64,000 bases of DNA from an uncultured Desulfobulbaceae bacterium (GTDB lineage Bacteria > Desulfobacterota > Desulfobulbia > Desulfobulbales > BM004), in assembly GCA_945787325.1 (NCBI GenBank), contig CALZHP010000001.1, positions 66,214 to 130,213 on the forward strand, in the 5' to 3' direction. The translations under genes and the position numbers were made by a program. The notes under the pieces were generated by a model that was given only the letters and a program-made list of their open reading frames with translations, made no database searches and was not told where the DNA came from. Shown here in pieces: positions 57,247-64,000 of the stretch; within the stretch, counting starts at the first letter, position 1, and every line of letters begins with the position of its first letter.

Positions 57247-57899
57247 ATTTAATTAATGTCATATGAAAGCGTTACATAAAACTAAATAATTTTATGAGTG
57301 AAGTAATATTCTTGATTTATATGTTAATCATTTCGTTTTTATTTATGTTTGAAAAAAAATAAAAACTTAAATATACAACCTTCAGTATCCACAAACTCAA
57401 TCTTAATTTTGCAATAATCATACCTTGTTCTAATTTAAAAAAATTATATGTGTTTTTAGAATGTTACATATAAAAAAAATGGGGAAATTTAGTAGGACTG
57501 AGTCAATATTATAATTTGTCGGAATGTTTTTCCGGCATAAAGGAATACATGTTCGGCTTTTATTATTGGACTTATATTGCTAACTATTAAAAAATAATTA
57601 AAATATAACTGCAGTTGCCCACTAAAAAAATATTAAAAAAAATTACCAGAAGCAAAAAAAGCAAACCTGCCTAATTGAATTTAATACAAAATTAACTTAC
57701 TGTTTTTATGCATTTTAAAAAATAAAATTAAATATGTACAAAGAAAATTTCTGACAGAAAATTTTATATTTAAACACTAATTAGACATGTATAAATAAAT
57801 AATATTCATTGCTTACTACTTATTAACAAGCTCACATAATTACACTATATCGAAACTTTATAGTTCACATCAAAAATAAACACCTGCTAATATTGTGTA
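57247..57899. other. ~650-bp extremely AT-rich non-coding region
   Basis: No ORF >=60 aa on either strand. Long A/T runs. Lies between the PAS-HD-GYP gene stop and the start of the three small signalling genes. Confidence 0.7.
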
Positions 57900-58973
57900 T
57901 CAACAATTAAACTGGAACCCTTTATTGGTAAAAAGATTTAGTGAGGCATCAACAACCTCCGGATCATAAAGACTTCCTCTGTTCCTGGTAATCTCCTCAA
58001 ATGCCTGCTCAATCCCTAGCGCTGCCCTGTATGGGCGATGAGATGACATTGCTTCAACGACATCTGCTACTGCAATTACTCTAGCTTCAAGAAGAATATC
58101 TTTACCTGAAAGCCCATATGGATACCCTGATCCATCTAAGCGCTCATGATGCTGTAATACAATTTCGGCAATAGGCCATTGAAAATCAATCTCTTTTAAT
58201 ATTTCATATCCGGCACGTGGATGACTTTTAATCAGATTGTATTCTACATCGGTGATTTCACCAGGTTTGCTGAGAATTTCAGATGGAATACAAATTTTGC
58301 CAAGATCATGAATAACTCCGGCCATACGTATACCATCCACCTGGTCTTCACTGAGCCCCATTTCCTGCGCAATAGCTCTGGCCAAGTCTGTCGCCCTTCT
58401 CTGATGTCCAGCTGTATACAGATCTCGTGTTTCAATTATCAACGACATTGCCTGGATCGTTCCTGCAAGATTTTGGCGAAGTTTTGCCATTGTTTTTTGT
58501 AATTCTTCACCAGCTTCTATTTTATTTGTAACATCTTTTGAAATTTTAATTACTGCATCAGGGAAACCGTTCTTATCCCGAGACACGACATTAGATGTGC
58601 CTCGCAAATATATTGTTTTTCCGTTTTTTAATTCAACTTTACTCTGATGATTATGGGTTTTTCCATCCATAAAAGTCTGAATTGCTATGCAGGATGAATA
58701 ATTACAAGGTTCACTTCTTCCACAATAGCTTTCATAGCACTTAGTCCCAACTAGATTGTCACCGAACTGTCTCCTAGCTGTTTCATTGACCCAGATTATA
58801 TTTAGATTCCTGTCGACCATGCTCATGTGATCATCAACCGATTCTAGAATAATGTTTAATCTGGACTCGCTCTCCTGAAGCATTAGTTGCGCTACATGTT
58901 TACACCTTAAAAGCTCCTCTCTTAAACTTTTATTCTGATTCAGTAATTCTTGATACGTTAGTTTGCCGGTCAC
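57900..58973 (-). CDS. PAS domain-containing HD-GYP phosphohydrolase
   Basis: N-terminal coiled coil plus a PAS-like domain with Cys residues, then HD-GYP motifs VIHDLGKICIP and QHHERLDGSGYPYGL. Confidence 0.85.
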   Translation of the reverse strand: MTGKLTYQELLNQNKSLREELLRCKHVAQLMLQESESRLNIILESVDDHMSMVDRNLNIIWVNETARRQFGDNLVGTKCYESYCGRSEPCNYSSCIAIQTFMDGKTHNHQSKVELKNGKTIYLRGTSNVVSRDKNGFPDAVIKISKDVTNKIEAGEELQKTMAKLRQNLAGTIQAMSLIIETRDLYTAGHQRRATDLARAIAQEMGLSEDQVDGIRMAGVIHDLGKICIPSEILSKPGEITDVEYNLIKSHPRAGYEILKEIDFQWPIAEIVLQHHERLDGSGYPYGLSGKDILLEARVIAVADVVEAMSSHRPYRAALGIEQAFEEITRNRGSLYDPEVVDASLNLFTNKGFQFNC

Positions 58974-59054
58974 TTATGAACCTCCAGTAAATAATCAAAT
59001 AAAACGCATTAACAAACATATAAAGACTATCTTTTACAGTGGTAATTACATGCT

Positions 59055-60602
59055 CTAAACTTTTTCAATAATTTCAGTTATCGGAAGAGTTGCTATATCA
59101 AGAAATTTGCAATATTTCTGATTGTTTTTTTCAAGCAAATCAACTACTCGAGAAAATGAATTTTTTATAAATATTTTACGGTCGTTCTCTTTTCTATAAA
59201 CACCAAAACGCAAACTATCCCTCTCATTCTGTTCCATTTTGCTGATAACGTTTTTAGTTGTCCAAATGGAACCGTATCTTGCAAAGTCAGACAATCTTCC
59301 AGCATAATTAATCGTGTCACCCAATGCTGTGAACTCAACATTTGATGATGAATGTATTGCTCCAAAAAACTCCTGACCCTCGTTAATTGCAGTATTCAGA
59401 TATATATCGTTCAACCACCCTTTTCTAAGCTTCCAGGCTGCACTGAATTCACGCATCTTATCGCGAAGTTCCAAAGCACAGTTGATTGCATCCATTAAAT
59501 AATTGGAACCTGGTCGTTTTATAAAATAGTAAAGCATACCGTCACCGGAATGCTTTCCATAAATGCCATTATATTTATCAAATGAATTTCCAACTGTTTT
59601 CCAGAGTTCGTTAACAAGCTCAAAATATTCTCCAGGAAGAAGTTCCGAGCTGATTTTCACTGAATCCTGAAGATCAGCTACTAATACACACATAGAATGC
59701 AACGATGGCATTCTTTGTTTGAGGAGCTCGTTAATAATGCTTTCTCTATGAGAAAGCATATTAAGGATTTCATGGTTAAGTTTATCAGTAGGAATAAATA
59801 CGAAGAAAATTCCTTCTCTAAAGGAAAGTGTGTAAATTTGATAAGACTCAGTTTCACCATTACTTAAATCAAACTGTATAGGAATATTATGTACAAGATG
59901 CTGGTCATAGGAAGTAATATTGTTATTTATACCATTAATGAAGCTGATTTCGTTTTCGGAAATACCGTTATATAGTGTTGATATTTTGGTGCGGGTTAAT
60001 TTAGAATGAACAACTTTTAAGTGGGCTTCAACAATGTCTGCCCAATTGTTTATGTGTGAATGAAAATCATAACTGAAAAATAATTTGAAAAGATTTCTAG
60101 AATCGACATCTACAACTGAACTAACTGATTTGTTGAAAACATGTTCTTCCGCTTCCTTGTTTATCCATTCAATTTCAAAATTATGATTAATCAAATACGC
60201 AGGTGATTGAATATCTTCTAAAGTAAGTTTCAAGTTAGAATCCATAGTTCTTCTGGACTTACGGGAATAAACTACAGGTTCTTTTATTGGAGGGGGAACT
60301 TCCTGTCTATCATTCTCAACTTGAGGAGCCTCAGGCACTTCTTTAAAATGCTCCTCAATTTCAGACATGGTCTTGCCTTCTCGTTTTAATCGTTTTACAT
60401 CTTCAATATTTTGCAGAACAATTTCTGGAAAATATCCAATCTGTTTAATGCCTTTTTGATCTGGTCCGGCTTTTTTAACAACAGGCTTAGGAAGAATACC
60501 CATCTTAATGTAATTATTTAATGTCGCTCGTGAGATACCTGTTTTCTTCAGTATCTCCTTACTCGTTAACCAAATGTTACCTGACGAATCTGTCATAGAC
60601 AC
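59055..60602 (-). CDS. MerR-type HTH + PAS-like + class III adenylate cyclase fusion protein
   Basis: HTH LTSKEILKKTGISRATLNNYIKMGILPKP. Cyclase homology domain: metal Asp in VLVADLQDSV, GKHSGDGMLYYF (Lys for purine selection, second metal Asp), and EFTALGDTINYAGRL (Thr at the adenine-pairing position, Asn/Arg transition-state residues). Confidence 0.8.
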   Translation of the reverse strand: MSMTDSSGNIWLTSKEILKKTGISRATLNNYIKMGILPKPVVKKAGPDQKGIKQIGYFPEIVLQNIEDVKRLKREGKTMSEIEEHFKEVPEAPQVENDRQEVPPPIKEPVVYSRKSRRTMDSNLKLTLEDIQSPAYLINHNFEIEWINKEAEEHVFNKSVSSVVDVDSRNLFKLFFSYDFHSHINNWADIVEAHLKVVHSKLTRTKISTLYNGISENEISFINGINNNITSYDQHLVHNIPIQFDLSNGETESYQIYTLSFREGIFFVFIPTDKLNHEILNMLSHRESIINELLKQRMPSLHSMCVLVADLQDSVKISSELLPGEYFELVNELWKTVGNSFDKYNGIYGKHSGDGMLYYFIKRPGSNYLMDAINCALELRDKMREFSAAWKLRKGWLNDIYLNTAINEGQEFFGAIHSSSNVEFTALGDTINYAGRLSDFARYGSIWTTKNVISKMEQNERDSLRFGVYRKENDRKIFIKNSFSRVVDLLEKNNQKYCKFLDIATLPITEIIEKV

Positions 60603-60629
60603 TTCCTCTTAAACAGTACAAACAAATTA

Positions 60630-60653
60630 ACAATTATACATGTGCTTAATTGT
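60630..60653. promoter_or_regulatory. 7-bp inverted repeat ACAATTA-N10-TAATTGT just upstream of the cyclase gene
   Basis: Read directly at 60630-60636 and 60647-60653. Lies about 30-50 nt upstream of the ATG at 60602. Confidence 0.3.
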
Positions 60654-60906
60654 CCAAATTTAAGCCTGAATAGACATGTATAAAATGCAGGGCCGTTTGT
60701 CAAGAAAAAAAGCTGTCTAAATTAAGAAAAAATACGAGTTAAAACATACTTCATTTAATATCAAATACTTATGTTTGTTTTTGATTCTGCTCCATTCATT
60801 TTAACGTTGACACATCACAGGATTATTTCAGAAAACTTCCAGGTGTCTATTTTTAGCCTGTAGAATTAGACAAGTTAAAAAAAGAGGGGGGATTAGACAG
60901 CATGCA

Positions 60907-63267
60907 TTAAGGTAGGCTGGGCTTGTCCTGTTGGAAAACTACTACGCGAAAAAAGTCTATTAATTTTTTCCTTCGAGAAAATATTTTTATTTGCTCTGGT
61001 ATTAGATCAGACAGTTCATTTCTCATTATAGACATCTTGTACTCTATATGTGCAGCATGCCTGTTATCAAGATACCAGGCATAAAATAGTCCAAGCAGAA
61101 GGCCAGGAGGTGTAAATCCTTCGTTACCATTTACAAGCCTCGTGTACAAATGGTTATTATCAGAGGATCGTAACATTCGAGTCAATTTCAGGTAGGTATC
61201 CAGGTCTTCTTCATTGAAGAAACAATTCCTATTCTCTGGTGGTCTTATTGTTAGCCTAAATACCTTGCCAAGCTCCTCTCCGCCCTGCTCTATTGGGATC
61301 ATTTTTTTCTCATCAGCATAGTTCCCTAAAAGTGATTCTCCCAAAGCAATTAGAAATGCCGTTTCAAAAAGAAATGAATTATCAAGCATATCCTGGCGAA
61401 TCTTAATCATCATATCTTCAGGATCATAGAAAGAATATATATTGTCCCACTTCTGACTACGATTCCAAACTGATTCTTTAATGAGGAAAATACCTTTAAA
61501 GTATTGAAGATGAGATGACAGAATGTCAGGATGATCCCACATTATTTTTGACAGACTTTCTTTAAGAAATGAACAGTTCTCTATTTCATCCGTACAGTTT
61601 TCAGATATATACAGTTCGTCAAGACGTCTGTTAATATCTTCAATTCTACGATTTGGATATTTTCTATCAGACCTGACCTGTGGGCTTTCCTGGTTTAAAG
61701 AAGATGGCAACTTAATAGACCTTTCATCACGCTCTCTCTTGGTTTGCAGGTAACCTTCAGAATAAGACTTTACAGCCCAGAGAGTACGTACTGCCCTGGC
61801 TAGTGAGTCCGGATCATGTTGAACAACCTGACGCTCATCAAGAGCTGATTGAGAAAAGATACCTGCTTCAACAGGTATAAAACCCATATCTGCAACATTA
61901 TCTCTATCAAGATATATCGGTACTTTTTCTTCTATGGCATAACTCTGTAGAATATTGCCTGGAATATCCTGGAGACCAAGCGCAAGAACTTGATGAAATA
62001 GCCCGTGTACACCTCCAGGTATATTGCAATGATAAGCTTTTATAAGATCCGAAACATAAAACCGTCTTGTGGGATCATCGATAACGACATCAGTTTCACC
62101 TTTTTGAACCCATAAGTTTGAAATGAGAATTTTAAGAGCATTTTTGTTATTTCTAATTTCATCAGCAAGACCCTGAACCTGAAGTACCGGAATAGTACTT
62201 GTATAAAGACTCCCGGGAGCAAGGATTATAATATCTGCTTCTTTAATAATAGTTAATACTTCAGGCGGCACAATGGGATCATCAGCAAACTCAACAAAAA
62301 TACGATCAACCGGGTATCCCCGGTGAGCATAACTAGATTTATATTCTCCAGTTACAAGCGTACCATTACTATAAAGTACCTTTAGCCTAGCAGGTGTTGT
62401 TGCGCATGGAAGGACAGCATCCAGGTCAGTTGCAAGCAACTTTGCAACAGCCCGAATACCATTGATTGTAGCAGTATGTAAAATTGAATTTAAGTCTTTA
62501 CTATCTACGGAAATTGAATTTTCATCAATATGTTCGTAAATGGATGCTGCAAGTAACAAATTCCCAAGACAGTGAGAACGGTTTAATACCCGCTGGAGAT
62601 GTTTATCAGTGAAAAGAGATGATATAAGTTTAACTATTATATCTTTTGCCGGAATCGGTAGAAATTGTATGTCAGAACCAACCGCCGCAGATAAAATTTC
62701 ATGGACATCTGCTGGTTTATTTTCGTAACGATAATTAAACAGAGAATAAAATATATCAGCAATTTTTAATGTTTCATTTTTATTAACTGAATATTTGGCC
62801 TGAAGTTTTCTTTCTTGAATTGATGATAAAAGCACATGCCTTATATCACCAAGTGCGATAAGAGGAATATCTTTTAAAAGTTCACCAGTAGAACCACCAT
62901 CATCTGTTATACAGACGATAGATTTTGTTTTCGGAAATAATCTCTTAAGACCGTTAAAAGGATGAAGCGGCCAACCAACTCTTCTGCTATCACCACCGAT
63001 CACATTGGAAAGACCGGAGCCACCCCCAAAAACAACCACATTCAAATTTAATGTATCGATATTTGAAATGCAGGAGCTTAACTCTTTCAAGCCGAAAGCA
63101 ACATCACTATTTATACCTGGAGGGGGTCCTGAGAGGTCAAGTTCAATTAGCTTTTCGACCAGGTCATGATGAGGTAACAAGTCCAAAGGAGTTAACATTG
63201 TATTGGCAAGTTTCTTTATGCAAGACCTCATTGCCTCTGTTGTTTCTACATTTTTGTCAATTACCAT
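60907..63267 (-). CDS. Large CofD/YvcK-family (UPF0052) protein with insertions and an uncharacterised ~300-aa C-terminal domain
   Basis: 786 aa. Family motifs VVFGGGSGLSNVIGG, ITDDGGSTGELLKDIPLIALGDIRH, ILAPGSLYTSTIPVLQV and LWVQKGETD. Nothing recognisable after about residue 480. Confidence 0.75.
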   Translation of the reverse strand: MVIDKNVETTEAMRSCIKKLANTMLTPLDLLPHHDLVEKLIELDLSGPPPGINSDVAFGLKELSSCISNIDTLNLNVVVFGGGSGLSNVIGGDSRRVGWPLHPFNGLKRLFPKTKSIVCITDDGGSTGELLKDIPLIALGDIRHVLLSSIQERKLQAKYSVNKNETLKIADIFYSLFNYRYENKPADVHEILSAAVGSDIQFLPIPAKDIIVKLISSLFTDKHLQRVLNRSHCLGNLLLAASIYEHIDENSISVDSKDLNSILHTATINGIRAVAKLLATDLDAVLPCATTPARLKVLYSNGTLVTGEYKSSYAHRGYPVDRIFVEFADDPIVPPEVLTIIKEADIIILAPGSLYTSTIPVLQVQGLADEIRNNKNALKILISNLWVQKGETDVVIDDPTRRFYVSDLIKAYHCNIPGGVHGLFHQVLALGLQDIPGNILQSYAIEEKVPIYLDRDNVADMGFIPVEAGIFSQSALDERQVVQHDPDSLARAVRTLWAVKSYSEGYLQTKRERDERSIKLPSSLNQESPQVRSDRKYPNRRIEDINRRLDELYISENCTDEIENCSFLKESLSKIMWDHPDILSSHLQYFKGIFLIKESVWNRSQKWDNIYSFYDPEDMMIKIRQDMLDNSFLFETAFLIALGESLLGNYADEKKMIPIEQGGEELGKVFRLTIRPPENRNCFFNEEDLDTYLKLTRMLRSSDNNHLYTRLVNGNEGFTPPGLLLGLFYAWYLDNRHAAHIEYKMSIMRNELSDLIPEQIKIFSRRKKLIDFFRVVVFQQDKPSLP

Positions 63268-63300
63268 AAATACTTTCTATGTGGCTGGTATGTTTGTATT

Positions 63301-63324
63301 TATACTGTCTATCTAGACAGTATA
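63301..63324. promoter_or_regulatory. 24-bp near-perfect palindrome TATACTGTCTA-TC-TAGACAGTATA
   Basis: 11-bp arms at 63301-63311 and 63314-63324, in the 68-nt gap between the mdh stop and the CofD-like start. Confidence 0.4.
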
Positions 63325-63335
63325 TTGCGAAAAGA

Positions 63336-64000
63336 TTAAAGGCCGGTGGCGGTCATTTGTTCTTTTACCGCTTCAACAGATTTAGCAAGAAACTTTATCT
63401 CATCATCGTTTAATTCAAACTCCAGAATTCTTTCAACTCCACCTGAGCCGAGTACAACCGGTGCACCAAGAAAGCATCCTGAAATGCCAAACTCCCCTTC
63501 CAGATATACGGCACAAGGTAATACTCTTTTGCTATCGGTTAAAATCGCTTCTGCCATTTCTATCGCAGACAGTCCTGGTGTATAAAAAGCACTCCCTGTT
63601 TTTAGATGATTTACAATTTCAATACCGCCGTGCTGTGTTCGATTTACAACCTCATCAATCTTCTCAGGTGAAAGAAGATCCGTAATCGGCACCCCTGATA
63701 CATTCGCCAGACGAACAAGCGGCAGCATGTTATCACCATGTATTCCCATTACCATGGCATTTATATCTCTTGGAGCAACGCCAATAGCCTCGGCCAGAAA
63801 CGTACGGTAGCGGGCAGAATCCAGAACACCTGCCATGCCAATCACCCTATTCCTTGGTAAACCTGAAACTTTGAAAGCGGTATAAACCATGGCATCAATA
63901 GGATTAGTTACAACAATTATAGTACAATCCGGTGAATGCTTAACAACTTCCTCTGAGCAGGATTTTACAATTTCAACATTTTTCGCTAGAAGATCATCTC
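63336..64000 (-). CDS. mdh: Malate dehydrogenase (LDH-like type), partial (5' end beyond the window)
   Basis: The frame is open to position 64000. It reads ...DDLLAKNVEIVKSCSEEVVKHSPDCTIIVVTNPIDAMVYTAFKVSGLPRNRVIGMAGVLDSARYRTFLAEAIGV...IHGDNMLPL. Confidence 0.9.
   Translation of the reverse strand, partial: DDLLAKNVEIVKSCSEEVVKHSPDCTIIVVTNPIDAMVYTAFKVSGLPRNRVIGMAGVLDSARYRTFLAEAIGVAPRDINAMVMGIHGDNMLPLVRLANVSGVPITDLLSPEKIDEVVNRTQHGGIEIVNHLKTGSAFYTPGLSAIEMAEAILTDSKRVLPCAVYLEGEFGISGCFLGAPVVLGSGGVERILEFELNDDEIKFLAKSVEAVKEQMTATGL

Noticed and set aside
57549-57590. 13-codon mini-ORF MFGFYYWTYIANY with an AAGGA site 4 nt upstream. It looks like an aromatic-amino-acid leader peptide.
   Set aside because: No plus-strand gene follows it. 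In DNA this AT-rich, TTT/TAT/ATT/AAC codons are expected by composition. There is no attenuator structure downstream.
57782-60684. Identical 14-mer TAGACATGTATAAA at 57782-57795 and 60671-60684, plus scattered TAGACA and TACATGTA-like words in several intergenic regions.
   Set aside because: There are only two exact copies, both in AT-rich DNA. TAGACA is expected about 30 times by chance in 64 kb on two strands. One copy simply overlaps a probable -10 region. This is not enough for a motif claim without genome-wide statistics.
55554-63335. A search for mobile-element hallmarks around tRNA-His, and likewise around tRNA-Pro at 15101-15432. I looked for an integrase, a direct repeat of the tRNA 3' end, and transposase ends.
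   Set aside because: No integrase, recombinase or transposase ORF is present, and I could not find a repeat of the tRNA-His 3' end. I therefore make no mobile-element call. The tRNA-Pro fragments are reported as decayed copies only.
1-64000. A scan of the whole window for CRISPR arrays, rRNA genes, toxin-antitoxin pairs, in-frame TGA (selenocysteine) gene splits, and long direct repeats.
   Set aside because: I found none by eye. All gaps between conserved genes are short or AT-rich and lack regularly spaced repeats. This negative result is limited by manual inspection.

Overview
This is a 64-kb chromosomal window, visibly AT-rich (roughly 40% G+C by eye), from a Gram-negative anaerobe. Gene content and synteny fit a Desulfobacterota (Desulfobulbales-like) genome, but that is inference only. 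The supporting features are rubredoxin plus a rubredoxin-reductase-type flavoprotein, many HD-GYP/GGDEF proteins, the thrS-infC-rpmI-rplT-pheS-pheT-ihfA-merR-tRNA-Pro string, and a Tol system. I can support about 55 protein genes, 4 tRNAs (Pro-GGG, Val-GAC, Ser-GGA, His-GTG) and a small SRP (4.5S) RNA. I also find a 52-aa rubredoxin gene that the >=60-aa ORF track misses, and two partial genes at the window edges (a sensor kinase and mdh). Most of the window is housekeeping: DNA and metabolite repair (uvrC, nnr, ung, nfi, uvdE, recR, dnaX, a MrfA-type helicase), the translation operon, tolQRAB-cpoB, ampG, tlyA and an aromatic amino-acid enzyme. I see no CRISPR array, IS element, integrase, prophage or recognisable defence island. 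Three things deserve a second look. (1) At 33.6-39.4 kb there is a compact type-II-FAS-like operon: KS, a dedicated ACP, two phytoene-desaturase-family flavoproteins, a FabG-like KR and a FabZ-like DH. It has no enoyl reductase or acyltransferase, and it is my best candidate for an undescribed lipid pathway. (2) At 55.6-63.3 kb, next to tRNA-His, there is a signalling-rich stretch. It holds a His-less DHp-like protein, a receiver, an internally duplicated acidic protein, a 650-bp AT-rich gap, an HTH-fused class III cyclase with a PAS-HD-GYP partner, and a 786-aa CofD/YvcK-like protein with an unknown ~300-aa C-terminal domain. (3) There are several recoding or regulatory candidates: an A AAA AAA slippery site in dnaX, an AUC start for infC, a terminator-like hairpin abutting the thrS RBS, decayed tRNA-Pro copies, and perfect palindromes. 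All family calls rest on motif recognition by eye. No database search or folding program was run.
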